From NCBI GenBank assembly GCA_964523525.1, contig CAZFYO010000001.1, positions 65,068 through 129,067 on the forward strand: DNA of 64,000 nucleotides, written 5' to 3'. Below, in pieces: positions 44,889-55,700 of the stretch. This DNA is from an uncultured Elusimicrobia bacterium. Lineage in GTDB: Bacteria > Elusimicrobiota > Elusimicrobia > 2-02-FULL-39-32. The notes beneath the pieces were generated by a model, which saw only the letters and a program-made list of their open reading frames with translations, did no database searches and was not told the origin of the DNA. The stretch's first letter is position 1. Every line of letters starts with the position of its first letter. A program made the translations under genes and the position numbers.

Positions 44889-45581
44889 TTGCTATCTTTT
44901 GAATCTGTGAAAAAAGCCATCGTTTTGTTGTCCGGAGGGTTGGACTCCGCCACCGCCCTCTTCTGGGCAAAATCTAAAAAATACAAGGTTTTTGCGCTGA
45001 TGTTCGACTACGGCCAGCGCCACCGGCGGGAGCTTGAGAACGCGCAGAAACTCTGCCGGGCGACCCGCACGCCGTACCAAAAGGTCCGGTTCGCGCTCCC
45101 TTGGGGCGGAAGTTCGCTTACCAATAAGGAAGCGCGCCTGCCGGGAGGGCGCAACCCCAAGGCCATGGCGGCCGGGGGAATCCCGTCCACTTACGTTCCG
45201 GCGCGCAACACGATTTTTCTGAGCTTCGCTCTGTCCTACGCGGACGCGGCCGAAGCCGATGCGGTGGTCATCGGCGCCAACGCCATCGATTACAGCGGCT
45301 ATCCGGACTGCCGCCCGAACTATCTGAAAGCCATGGCCCGCGTGGCGAAGCTGGGCACCCGGCGGGGGGACAGCGGCAAACGAATCGAAATCCTGTCGCC
45401 GCTGGTGCGCCTGACCAAAGCCCAGATCATAAAACTGGGGCTAAAGCTCAAAGTGCCCTACAGCCTCACCTGGTCCTGTTATAAGGGAGTCCAAAAACCC
45501 TGCGGGCAATGTGATAGCTGCATTCTGCGGGCCAAGGGATTTGAACAAGCGGGTTTCATAGATCCGGCATTGAATCGCTAA
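44889..45581 (+). CDS. queC: 7-cyano-7-deazaguanine synthase
   Basis: AIVLLSGGLDSATAL and the C-terminal Zn motif CYKG...CGQCDSCILR. The ORF-track start is a TTG at 44889; a GTG at 44907 (VKKAIVLLSGG) is an equally plausible start. Confidence 0.9.
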   Translation: MLSFESVKKAIVLLSGGLDSATALFWAKSKKYKVFALMFDYGQRHRRELENAQKLCRATRTPYQKVRFALPWGGSSLTNKEARLPGGRNPKAMAAGGIPSTYVPARNTIFLSFALSYADAAEADAVVIGANAIDYSGYPDCRPNYLKAMARVAKLGTRRGDSGKRIEILSPLVRLTKAQIIKLGLKLKVPYSLTWSCYKGVQKPCGQCDSCILRAKGFEQAGFIDPALNR

Positions 45582-45613
45582 AATTTAAAGATAAATGATA
45601 AGGTGAGGATATT

Positions 45614-46006
45614 ATGAACGAGATAACGAAGATTGCGACGCGGGGACTGGACGCCAAATTACCGTCGATGGAAGCGTTTCCGACCCATTTCAAGGACTAC
45701 AAGATCATCCTGAGGGTTCCCGAATATACCTCCATGTGCCCCAAGACCGGACTGCCCGATTTCGGAAATATCACCCTCACCTACGTCCCCAACCGCCATT
45801 GCGTGGAACTGAAATCGTTCAAATATTACATCCACGCCTACCGGAACGTGGGGATTTTTTACGAGAACGCGGTGAACAAGATTTTGGCGGATTTCGTGAA
45901 GGCGATTAAGCCGAAGTGGGCCGTCATTCAGGGGGATTTTACGCCGAGAGGGGGCATCAGCACGACGATCGTGGCCCGCTTTGGCAAGCCGCCGAAAGAC
46001 GCGTAA
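45614..46006 (+). CDS. queF: NADPH-dependent 7-cyano-7-deazaguanine reductase (type I)
   Basis: 130 aa. EYTSMCPKTGLPDFGNITLTYVP and the SFKYYIHAYRN motif. Confidence 0.9.
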   Translation: MNEITKIATRGLDAKLPSMEAFPTHFKDYKIILRVPEYTSMCPKTGLPDFGNITLTYVPNRHCVELKSFKYYIHAYRNVGIFYENAVNKILADFVKAIKPKWAVIQGDFTPRGGISTTIVARFGKPPKDA

Positions 46007-46019
46007 GACTGAGAGGTTT

Positions 46020-46361
46020 TTAGAGGTACCGCAGGAACTTGTTGTTTTTGTCGACGAGAACGTTGGAAGGTTTGACGGGCTTGTCCGATAATTCGAACCC
46101 CATCACGATGATTTCTTCGCCCTTCTTGATCAGGTGGGCCGCCGCGCCGTTCATGCAGATCATGCCCGATCCGGGCTTTCCCAAAATAACGTAAGTTTCC
46201 AGCCGCGCGCCGGTCGTGTTGCTCGCGACCAGCACCTTTTCGCCCGGCAGGAATTTGGCCTTTTTCACCAAAAGCTCGTCGATGGTGATGCTCCCGACAT
46301 AATTGACGGAGGCGTCCGTAACGTTCGCTTTATGGATTTTTGATCTTAGAAACCAGCGCAT
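46020..46361 (-). CDS. panD: Aspartate 1-decarboxylase
   Basis: MRWFLRSKIHKANVTDASVNYVGSITIDE... contains the self-processing G-S site context. ATG at 46361 preferred over 46373. Confidence 0.9.
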   Translation of the reverse strand: MRWFLRSKIHKANVTDASVNYVGSITIDELLVKKAKFLPGEKVLVASNTTGARLETYVILGKPGSGMICMNGAAAHLIKKGEEIIVMGFELSDKPVKPSNVLVDKNNKFLRYL

Positions 46362-46496
46362 GTGAGACGGCATTTTACCTTTTTATACACATCCATACAA
46401 ATCTTATCTTTCGCCTTGAAAACCCCCAAAAGTCCTGCTATAAAGGAAGCGACTCAAAAAGCCGCGTTATTCAGCCAGTCTTCCATCGGGGGAAAA

Positions 46497-46961
46497 TTGA
46501 AGAAAAACGACAGAGTCTCACCGTCGAAAATCCGGGCGATCTGCAAGATCACCGGGGTTTCTCTCGTTTTTTTTGCCACTAACCTGAACCTGCTTTTCAG
46601 CGCCGAGCGCAAGGTCGCGAACCCCTCCAAATTTAAGGTCAATTATTCCCTGCAGAAATCGGGAGCTTCCGGCGGATCGGGGCCCAACGCTTTCGGCGCT
46701 CCGGGACTTTTCGGAGCCTCGGGCGTTTCGGGCGGATCGGCGGCCGCAGCCAGCATCGCGGTCAACATCCTCGACGAGCGGTTCTATCCCATCAAAGCCT
46801 TCGTCCTGCGGGACGTGACGGACACTTCCCGGGTCGAGTCCCTCTGGGACGGCCGCGACGTGTACGGCAAGGAATCTCCCGCCGGCAGATATTACGCCCA
46901 GCTTTCGATCGTGTATGGCGACGGCAGCCGCGAAACCAAGGTCTTCAAGTTCGTCAAATGA
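46497..46961 (+). CDS. Small secreted protein: signal/TM + Gly/Ser/Ala linker + FlgD-Ig-like domain
   Basis: TTG at 46497 preceded by GGGGGA. The ORF-track start at 46362 would overlap the divergent panD start. Hydrophobic ITGVSLVFFATNLNLLFS. Linker GASGGSGPNAFGAPGLFGASGVSGGSAAAA. C-terminal LWDGRDVYGKESPAGRYYAQLSIVYGDG matches the FlgD-Ig pattern. The stop overlaps the next ATG (ATGA). Confidence 0.6.
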   Translation: MKKNDRVSPSKIRAICKITGVSLVFFATNLNLLFSAERKVANPSKFKVNYSLQKSGASGGSGPNAFGAPGLFGASGVSGGSAAAASIAVNILDERFYPIKAFVLRDVTDTSRVESLWDGRDVYGKESPAGRYYAQLSIVYGDGSRETKVFKFVK

Positions 46962-49900
46962 TTTCCCCGATGAACCCCGCGCGCCGTTCCCTGACTTTTT
47001 CCTTCTCGCTCACCCTCGCCGTCCTGGGCTCCATCAGCGCCCTTTGGCAGAACGTTAACGCGGCGCCTCGCGTCGCCAGCACCATCCAGCTTTCGCAGAA
47101 CAGCGGGCTCGACCAGCCCATCCCCATGGCCGCCGCGTCGGACGGCACGCTCTACGTCGGCGGCTACTACAGCGGGACCGTGGTCAAAATCAATCCTTCG
47201 ACCAAGAAGGTCACGGCGCAGGCGGGCGGCATGCGTTATCCCGTCGATATCCGCCTCCACGACAACAAAGTTTATGTCAGCGCTCTGGACAGCGGCAACC
47301 AGGCGCAGATCATGGTCTTCGACCTCAACCTCAATTTCGTCAAAAGCATCGCCTCGCAGAACGGCTGGATCCACTCCTTCGTCATCGACTCGGACGCCGC
47401 GAAACTCTACTACGGCACCTGGGGCAAACTGCACGTCATCGATTTGAGCAACGATTCCCAGCGGCAGATCGCCGACCTGGGCAACTGGTTCTACGCGGTC
47501 TCGAGCATGAACCTCGACAAGGTCCGCAATAAGCTTTACCTCACGATCTACAACAGCGACCAGGCCACCGCCGAGATGGCGCACTTCGATTTAACCGGCG
47601 AAACGATCGGGACGCGGCTGGACATCGGCAAGAACCCCGTGGGCGTCGACAGCCGCTACGACAGCGACCGCGACGGCGACAAGCTTTTCATCACGCAGAT
47701 GTACAGCTCGAGCATTACGGTGGTGGACGTTTCGAACGACTCGGTCCAGCACCTGCCCAACATCTCCTGGCCCCAGCGGCTGATCGCGGACCGCGGCCGG
47801 CACAAACTTTACATCGTCGACAACTACACGGACAAGCTCCACATCCTGAACACGCAGACCCTGGCGCTGGAACACAGCATGACGCCGGGCGACGACCCTT
47901 CGGGCGTGGCCTTCGACGCCTCGCGCAACCGGATCTACACTTCCAACGTCTGGTCGCAGGACGTGAGCATCGTGGATTACAACAGCTTTGCTTTGATCGA
48001 GCGGATTTCTTTCGCGCCCGCGACACCTCTGGACGGCGAAATCGACGGCGGCGCCTTCTACCTTTCCAACGGACCCAACGGCGGCATCTACAAAATTGAT
48101 GCCGGCGACCACCGCATCCTCGAAAAGATCAATTTCTACGACTACATGCTGATGTCCGGGCTCTTCAACTTCCCGGCCGGCTTCTTAAACCTCTACGGCG
48201 GCGAGATGGAGCTTCCCGCCGCGGGCGGCGACCGCCGCGCCTACGCTTTGGACGAGTTCAACCAGGGGATCGCGGAATACAACCTGACGACTCATCGTTA
48301 CATCGGCAACATCCGACCCGACGGCATGCCGACTTCGCTGACGGTTTATAACGGCAAGCTTTACTTTCCTTATGTATCCAACTCAAATTTGTACCTGGGC
48401 ATTCATGACGGTTCGGCCATCACTTCCAAGCTGATCGGACCCAGCGACCGCGCTCAGGGCATCAAGATCAACCCGGCGACCGGCAAGTGCTATATCGCCG
48501 ACTACTCGAACCATAAGGTCGTGGTTTACGATTTGAGCACGTTCGCGGTGTTGCAGCGAATCGACGTGGGGGAATATCCCGCGAATATCGTCATCGATTC
48601 TGCTGTTAATCTGATTTACGTCACCAACTACGGCGGCAATTCCGTGACCGTGATCGATGGCGTCACGCACTCGGTGAAAGCGACGGTTCCCGTGGGCAAC
48701 GGGCCCTGGGGCATCGGCATCAACGCCGCCAAAAAACGGATTTACGTCGTGAACACGGATGATAACAGCCTGTCGGTGATCGACGCGCGGAACGTGCATT
48801 CGGTGATCGCGACGCTGCCCGTGGCGGGCGGCGCCAAGTTCTGCACCGTAGATACCGCGCGGCACCAGATTTTCGTGCCCGGCCAGACGGCCGGCGCGGT
48901 GACCGTGATCGAAGACGTCGCTGACGCGACTCCCCCCGTCTTCGATTGCCCCGCCGCCATACTTAAGGAAAACGTGGAGAGCGACTCCGTCGTGGTCAAT
49001 TTCAACACGCCGGCCGTGACGGACGACATGGATCCCAGCCCGACGATCACCCTGAGCCCCGCTTCGGGCAGCTCGTTCAATGTCGGCGTCACCACGGTCA
49101 CCGTCATCGCTCAGGATGCGGGCGGGAACATCGCACGCTGCGCCTTCACGGTCACCGTCAAAAAGAAGATTTGTCCCAGAAACGTCGGCGATCTGGCCGC
49201 CAATCCTATCGCGGGCCGCAAGATCGAGGTGAGCTGGTCGCCTTCCATCACGCCCGACATCAAGGAATACCGGATTTATATGGGCGAGGACAACGTGGAT
49301 TTCAATTCGCCTGCGGCCATCGTGCTGCCGACCGTCACGAGCTGGACCGCGCAGAACCTGCGCAGCGGCGGAACGTACAAATTTGTGGTACGCGCGATGC
49401 ACAAAGGCGGCTGCGAAGAAACCAACACGAACATCGTCGCCGCGACGGCTTTTGAGACGCCGCCCTGCCTGTCGGCCAGCATCAAGAGCCCCAAGAACGG
49501 GCAGAAAGTTTCGGGCGAACGCCTCACCGTGACGGCCGACATCCGCTGCGACAACTCCACCTCCGTAAAGTCCGTCCGTTTTGAATATCGCCGCGCCTGG
49601 GAAAACAGCTGGAAGAAAATCCCCGCCGCCAACTCCGAACATCCCAATCCCGATTTGCAGGCTCCCTACTTTGTCCATTGGAACGTGGAAGACCTGGCCA
49701 ACGGCGAGTATCTCGTCCGCTCGGTCGCGATCGACGCGCAGGGCAATGAAGATGACTGCCCTTCCTATGTCACCATCGTGGTGGACCATGCCGACCCCGA
49801 CTGCGAAGAGCGCCGGGACGACAACGGCAAGGTTGAAAAGATCGAGAAAATCGAAAACCAGAAAAAGAACACCGTGATCATCAGCGACGGTAAGATGTCC

Positions 49901-50581
49901 TGCCCGGCGGAAGTGCAGATCCCGGCGGGATGCCTCTCGAATGATGAAACGAAAGTCACCGTGAAGCTGAACCCGGACACTCCCAGGAGCGACCGCCTGA
50001 AAGCCGCGGGCAGCAGCATCGAGATCGAACTGCACAGCGGACAGAGCAATCTGGCCGGCGAAGCCACCCTGACGCTTCCTTACGTGGATGAGGACGACGA
50101 CGGGATCGTGGACGGCAAGAACATCCGCGCGCAAGATTTGGCCGTATTCTATTACAACCCCGCGCACCGCAAGTGGGACAAGATGAGCGGTTCCGTGAAT
50201 CGCAAAAATAAGACCGTGATTGCCCGCACCAGCCATTTCTCGCTTTTCGCCCTCTTCGACGCGCAGAGCGCGGCGGACGCCACGTTCACCCTGGGTGAAG
50301 CCTTCGCCTACCCGAACCCCGCGCGCGGCGGAAGGAACCCCATCCTCCATTTTGAGACGGGCGTCGCCGACGAGGTCACGATGCGGATCTACGACGCTTC
50401 GGGCGAGCTCAAACACACGATTTCTATGGGCAACTCGCCCACGGTCGTCAACGACAAATACGCCTACGAAGCCGTCTGGGACGTTTCGAACATCGCCAGC
50501 GGCGTCTACGTGGTGACTGCGACGGCCAAAAAAGACGGGCAAACGCTCCGCAAAAATTTCAAACTGGCCGTGGTGAAATAG
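46958..50581 (+). CDS. 1207-aa surface protein: YVTN-type beta-propeller repeats, HYR domain, Fn3/Ig-like modules, T9SS-type C-terminal sorting domain
   Basis: Signal peptide present. Repeated ...LYV/IYVTN...VxVID... units (e.g. NLIYVTNYGGNSVTVIDGVTHSVKATVPVGNGPWGIGI). HYR-like PPVFDCPAAILKENVESDSVVVNFNTPAVTDDMDPSP...GVTTVTVIAQDAGGNIARCAFTVTV. CTD reads FAYPNPARGG...VTMRIYDASGEL...ASGVYVVTATAKKDGQTLRKNFKLAVVK. Confidence 0.85.
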   Translation: MISPMNPARRSLTFSFSLTLAVLGSISALWQNVNAAPRVASTIQLSQNSGLDQPIPMAAASDGTLYVGGYYSGTVVKINPSTKKVTAQAGGMRYPVDIRLHDNKVYVSALDSGNQAQIMVFDLNLNFVKSIASQNGWIHSFVIDSDAAKLYYGTWGKLHVIDLSNDSQRQIADLGNWFYAVSSMNLDKVRNKLYLTIYNSDQATAEMAHFDLTGETIGTRLDIGKNPVGVDSRYDSDRDGDKLFITQMYSSSITVVDVSNDSVQHLPNISWPQRLIADRGRHKLYIVDNYTDKLHILNTQTLALEHSMTPGDDPSGVAFDASRNRIYTSNVWSQDVSIVDYNSFALIERISFAPATPLDGEIDGGAFYLSNGPNGGIYKIDAGDHRILEKINFYDYMLMSGLFNFPAGFLNLYGGEMELPAAGGDRRAYALDEFNQGIAEYNLTTHRYIGNIRPDGMPTSLTVYNGKLYFPYVSNSNLYLGIHDGSAITSKLIGPSDRAQGIKINPATGKCYIADYSNHKVVVYDLSTFAVLQRIDVGEYPANIVIDSAVNLIYVTNYGGNSVTVIDGVTHSVKATVPVGNGPWGIGINAAKKRIYVVNTDDNSLSVIDARNVHSVIATLPVAGGAKFCTVDTARHQIFVPGQTAGAVTVIEDVADATPPVFDCPAAILKENVESDSVVVNFNTPAVTDDMDPSPTITLSPASGSSFNVGVTTVTVIAQDAGGNIARCAFTVTVKKKICPRNVGDLAANPIAGRKIEVSWSPSITPDIKEYRIYMGEDNVDFNSPAAIVLPTVTSWTAQNLRSGGTYKFVVRAMHKGGCEETNTNIVAATAFETPPCLSASIKSPKNGQKVSGERLTVTADIRCDNSTSVKSVRFEYRRAWENSWKKIPAANSEHPNPDLQAPYFVHWNVEDLANGEYLVRSVAIDAQGNEDDCPSYVTIVVDHADPDCEERRDDNGKVEKIEKIENQKKNTVIISDGKMSCPAEVQIPAGCLSNDETKVTVKLNPDTPRSDRLKAAGSSIEIELHSGQSNLAGEATLTLPYVDEDDDGIVDGKNIRAQDLAVFYYNPAHRKWDKMSGSVNRKNKTVIARTSHFSLFALFDAQSAADATFTLGEAFAYPNPARGGRNPILHFETGVADEVTMRIYDASGELKHTISMGNSPTVVNDKYAYEAVWDVSNIASGVYVVTATAKKDGQTLRKNFKLAVVK

Positions 50582-50582
50582 G

Positions 50583-51596
50583 ATGACGCTGAACCGGCAC
50601 CTAAAAGCCTTCGGACTTTCGGTCGGGATCGCGGTTGGATCCTGGGCGCAGTCCTTCGCGGGCTCGGGCGCGGCTTTCCTTAAAATTCCCGTGGGCGCGC
50701 GCGCCGTCAGCATGGGCAACGCCTACACCGCCGCCGCCAATGACGTGACTTCGCTCCATTGGAACCCGGCGGGCCTTTCCCGCATGGGCCGCAAGGAGCT
50801 CAGCTTCATGCATGCGGAACTCTTCGCGGAACAGCGCTACGATTTCATCGGTTACGGCATGCCTCTGGGCGCGGGATCGCGCGAGGTCTCCGAGATCAAC
50901 GACGCGCCATTCCTGAGCGGCGACGCCAGGACGCGCACACCGTTTTCAAGCTCCTGGGCGATGGGATTCTCCGCGATTTACATGAGCCACGGCTCGCTCG
51001 AAGGACGCGACGAGGTAGGACGCAAGACCGGCGATTTCGGCGCGAGCGATTTCGCGTTCAGCCTCGGGCTCAGCCGCAAGGTCACCCAGCGCAGCTATTT
51101 CGGCGCAACGGTGAAGACGCTGCGCGAGTCTATCGGTTCAGAAAACGCTTCCGGTTTCGCCGCGGACCTGGGCTACATGACGCGCATGCCTCGCTTTTCT
51201 CTGGGACTTTCCGTGCTCAACCTCGGGCCCTCGCTCAAATTTGCCAGCGAAAAGTACGCGTTGCCGCTCACTCTCGCCACGGGCGCGGGCTACGCGATGG
51301 GCGGCGGGTTTATTCTTTCAGCCGACTACAAGCACCGGATGAACGACAACGTTTCGTCTCTCGGCGCGGGCGCGGAGTTCAACGTCATGAACAATTTTTC
51401 TCTCCGGGCCGGCTACATCAGCCAGCTCACGAACCTCAATAAATCGTCCGGCGGATCGAAGGGCCTCGCCGACCAGCTCACCGGTCTCGGCATGGGCTTC
51501 GGCTTCCGGGCCTTCAAGTCGCAGATCGACTACGCGCTCACCCCCATGGGCGAGCTCGGCCTCACGCAGCGCCTCTCCCTCACCGCCCGCTTCTAA
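50583..51596 (+). CDS. PorV-like outer-membrane beta-barrel
   Basis: 337 aa. Starts 1 nt after the CTD-protein stop. Has a signal peptide, the motif VGARAVSMGNAYTAAANDVTSLHWNPAGLS, and C-terminal ...QRLSLTARF. Confidence 0.8.
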   Translation: MTLNRHLKAFGLSVGIAVGSWAQSFAGSGAAFLKIPVGARAVSMGNAYTAAANDVTSLHWNPAGLSRMGRKELSFMHAELFAEQRYDFIGYGMPLGAGSREVSEINDAPFLSGDARTRTPFSSSWAMGFSAIYMSHGSLEGRDEVGRKTGDFGASDFAFSLGLSRKVTQRSYFGATVKTLRESIGSENASGFAADLGYMTRMPRFSLGLSVLNLGPSLKFASEKYALPLTLATGAGYAMGGGFILSADYKHRMNDNVSSLGAGAEFNVMNNFSLRAGYISQLTNLNKSSGGSKGLADQLTGLGMGFGFRAFKSQIDYALTPMGELGLTQRLSLTARF

Positions 51597-51900
51597 CCTC
51601 CCCCAGCATAATTGGATCCGTTTCTACAGTATGTGTAGGATAATTCTTTGTTAACCCCAACAATTGCGGCTTCGCGCGCTACAGCGGTTCATTGGGTGCC
51701 TCGATCGCGACAAAGCTGTTTACGTTCTCAGCGCCGAACGGCGTGTATGTGGACGCGGCGTCTCAGTCAAACTGGTATATCTCGAACCAAATAGTTTTTT
51801 AGAATGAAGCTAAGATTCAATTCACATCGGATTGAAAATAGTTAATTTTGATATACTCAAATCAGGCCGATTTAGAAAACTCACAAGAAGGAGACTTTGG

Positions 51901-52761
51901 ATGGGTGGAAAAATTAGGGGGCTTTTAACTTTAGGGCGCGAGAAATTTATTCCGCGTCCCTTTTTATTTTTAGGAGGCGACTTGAAACATTTTATTTTGG
52001 TGCTCTTAGGGGCATATACATTGATGCCAGGCATTGTTAAAGGGGTTGATATTTCTACCACAACCGCAAAGTTAGGGTGGGTAAGGTATGACGATAAAAT
52101 TGTTCTATATGATGCAAAGGGCAGCTCGATTAAAACTATAGAAACTAAAGAATATGATAAATCAGAAAAAGCAGAACATGGTGGTGGCGATGTTGTTGTT
52201 TATAGTTATCGAATTAGTGGTGATGTCTCCGAGTCTCATAAGTATGCATGGACCGTGACCGTAGAGGTAAATATGGTTGAAAGATGGCAGAAACAAATTT
52301 TTCGATACTTTGATGGTAGGGGGAATATGCTTTGGGAAAAAAATGGTGGGGCTCACGCCACAATTTCCGCCGATGGGGAAGTAGTACTATTATCTCATTG
52401 CGATCCCAATAGTTTAATGAATCTCACGGAGGGAAGCGAGGTGGCATATTGGGCAACGATATATTCAAGTAGTGGTGCTGAGTTGTGGAAATTTAGTGAA
52501 TTCTCTTTGAGGAATCCTGAAACAATATTTATTGAGAGAAACGGCCGATTTGGCTTTTTACGTAGTATGGTGCCAGAAAATAGAGTGATTTTTTTTGACA
52601 AACAAAAACAAAAAATATCTATATATAAAGGGTTTGGGAATGAAGTTTCAATAAATCATGAAGGATTCTTTTATGTTAAGAATCGAAAAAAAATCAGAGA
52701 CAAGTCAGGAAAAACTGTTCAAATAATTACCACTAAAGTTTTTGAGGGTAATTTTGACTAA
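51901..52761 (+). CDS. Hypothetical secreted protein (AT-rich block)
   Basis: ATG at 51901 with a strong RBS (AAGGAG, 7-nt spacer). Hydrophobic N-terminal segment HFILVLLGAYTLMPG. No family recognised. The ORF-track start at 51832 lacks an RBS. Confidence 0.55.
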   Translation: MGGKIRGLLTLGREKFIPRPFLFLGGDLKHFILVLLGAYTLMPGIVKGVDISTTTAKLGWVRYDDKIVLYDAKGSSIKTIETKEYDKSEKAEHGGGDVVVYSYRISGDVSESHKYAWTVTVEVNMVERWQKQIFRYFDGRGNMLWEKNGGAHATISADGEVVLLSHCDPNSLMNLTEGSEVAYWATIYSSSGAELWKFSEFSLRNPETIFIERNGRFGFLRSMVPENRVIFFDKQKQKISIYKGFGNEVSINHEGFFYVKNRKKIRDKSGKTVQIITTKVFEGNFD

Positions 52762-55700
52762 TAAATATTTGTTTTTCTTAGTTGTTCTAATTTCAAATAC
52801 GGCACTAGCTTACAGTTTAGACTCACCATTTCCTAACAGCCCAATAACCGATGACTTTGGTCCTAGAAGACTTGAAGGGGGGTTTAATTTTCATGGGGGT
52901 GTAGATTTTGGCGCTCCGTCTGGATCCTCGATCTATGTTGTTGAGTCGGGGACAATAACGGATATTACAGGATTCGGAAAGGATGCAAATGGAGGATATC
53001 GAATAAAGATAAAAGGTGACATTACAAACAGAAATATTTTTTATATGCATATGTTTACAGCTACGGGAACGGTTACACCTTCAAATCCTTTACGTCACGG
53101 AGACTTTCAAATTGAAAAATCAGGAGGATTGCTTAGAATACGTAGACTGTCCTTAAATGAGGTTTATGATGTTGACGACCATATCGATATGAACACTTTA
53201 ATTGGGCCTGTTGGAAATTCTGGCCAGGTGACGGGACCTCATTTGCACCTTCAAGTAGATGCGGGGACTGCTATCGATAACCCGTTTTTGTATGTAAATC
53301 ATCCGACCAGTGAGTTTTCTGTTACGATCAGTACTAACCTAGTTCATAAAACATCATATTCGCTTACTGATGCGCAGAAATTCAGTATACAGTTTGATAT
53401 TGACTCAAGTCCGGGTAATGACCTAGATGCTGTTAAGGTTCTAGTTGATAACAATGCACTATACTCACCGACCGATTCTTCGGGAACCTTTGCGTTTAAG
53501 TATGGTGGGAGACCTGGTGAATATCGAACATTAAGCTCTTCAATATCTGCTGGTGAGCTAGTAAATCTAAACTCCCAGCATCCATTTATGGGGATGTCTA
53601 ATTTTTCAGTCGTTGCGGTAGATAAAAATGTAAATCGGTTTACTTTGCGTGATGTTGACTTGTCAAGTTTTAGCTTATCAAACCACACTATTACGATATT
53701 GCCTTACAACGTTCTGGGCGTAGTTTCTGGGACAGCAACATACAATTTTTCGATATATGGCAATGAGTCTGATGAGGTTGTTGACAGTTCGGGAACAGCA
53801 AAACCAAATGGAAGCATTGTTTTAGACGGTTCAATTGGCATGAGCATTAATTGCTCATCTGCCGTATCATCGGTGCAGCTTGTCGGTGAAACAAATCAAG
53901 GGTTATTTTCTCAGACCACTCAGGCGACTTATTTTGGAGAATCATATTATGGGGTTCATTTTCCTACAAATACAGGCCAAACACTACCGCCAGGGACTTA
54001 CAGTATAAATTACGCGTGCGGATCGGAGAATAGAACATATAATTTCAGCGTTCAATCCCCAATTAGCACAAAAACAATAATATCTGGTTCAGGGGCGATG
54101 TCATTTGTTTCGAATATTCCCACATTTGTAGACGAATACTATTCTTCTCCGGATTTTTACATTGCGGGTTCGACATATATCAGAATATCGTATAGTTTTT
54201 TAACAACACGATTATCCAGTCCAACCCCAAATCCAAATAGTTGTGGTTTGTCTTGTTTTGGTGGAAGCACCAAGCCCAATGTTTACGTTAGACTATTTAA
54301 TTCTACATCGACAACATTGCCGCACTCCAGTTATTCCGATGCCCTAACGCAGTTTAATTGGTCAATCAAAAATATTAGCCCCTCTTCGTGCGCAGTGCCT
54401 GTAAACACGGAGATAATTCCCAACCCTGGGAATACCTATACTTGCACTGATGAGTATGAGTTTGCAAGTCCTGTCAATTTTATTGCCCGGCCATATTTTT
54501 TTCTAAGGGTTGAGGTTAACAATGGGGCATGCAGTGTTGTCCCACACGATTGTTCAATCGATCTTTCAAGTCCTGTGTGGACAACCGGAGTTTATTTAGG
54601 AGCAACGGCTATTACAGAAAATCATCGAATACTAATCGGCCCAAATGTAGGCGTTGGCACAGTAACCTCAATTACGCCTATAGGGCCTTATATTAGCATT
54701 ACACCTAGAGATGGTGTTAATTTGACATTTGCGCAGATTCAAAAAATTGGAATCACTAACGTAAACACGGGCACTTGGGCGAATATCATTGCGTGGATTA
54801 AGAGGTTATTGAATTTGGGTAGTAACGTGTACGAAATTTCGACAACAGCAGAATATTCTGGAGATATAACCCTGAAATTAAGATACGACCATACCCAAGT
54901 TTCCCCTTATGAGGAGCAATATCTAAGAATCGTTCAGTTCGATTCGGATGGAAATGCGGATGATATCACAGTTTCTATTGACACTGTCACAAAAGAAATA
55001 GTGGGTGTTACGACAGTTTTGGGCACATTTGGGATTGCTGTTCCGGAAGATTTAGGCCTACCCTCAGCCATTACTGACTTATCAATATCCCAGGTTACAA
55101 CAAGTAGCGTAACACTATGCTGGACCGCGCCTTCGGATGACGGCACGTTGGAATCAACGATCGCCTACGACCTGCGCTACGCCACTTTTCCCATCACGAC
55201 CTCCGATCAGTTTTTTGACGCAACGCCCGTGCCGGATATCTCGACCCCCAACACGCGCGGCACGCTCGAAACGTTTGTCGTTTCCGGGCTGGCGGGTTTA
55301 ACCACATACTATTTCGCTCTGATGTCCGCAGATGACGATGGTAATGTCGGTGCAGTGAGTAATAGCCCATCGACAAACACTCTTCTTGGTCCGCCACGGG
55401 CCTCAACAGGATTTTCTGGAACGGTACTGTCAACCATGGCGATCTTTTGGTCTTGGTCCGACAATTCCGGTACGGAAAGCGGATATCGCGTCGTGACTTC
55501 AAGCGGTGGTGTCATTTCGGGGGATCTCGCCGTCAATTCAACCATCTATGTGCAGTTGAATCTTTTGCCCAATGCGTCTCACCAAAACTATGTTCAGGCT
55601 TTTAATGCGGCAGGGGTGTCAAATTCAACAGAGTCGTTAAGCTGGACTCTCGCTAACCCTCCGACCGGAAGCGCATTGGTGGATGTGCAGGTGTCCAGTA

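Noticed and set aside
44850-45613. preQ1 riboswitch upstream of queC or queF.
   Set aside because: The spacers are only about 40 and 32 nt, and I see no preQ1-I-like hairpin followed by an A-rich tail. The tgt-queA / queC-queF arrangement looks ordinary; queD and queE are simply outside the window.
51640-51790. Possible gene remnant in the spacer after the 50583 barrel (reading ...GFARYSGSLGASIATKLFTFSAPNGVYVDAASQSNWYISNQ).
   Set aside because: It is a short open stretch without a start or RBS and with no recognisable family, so there is not enough evidence to call a pseudogene. It may be relevant as a recombination scar (see the AT-rich block finding).
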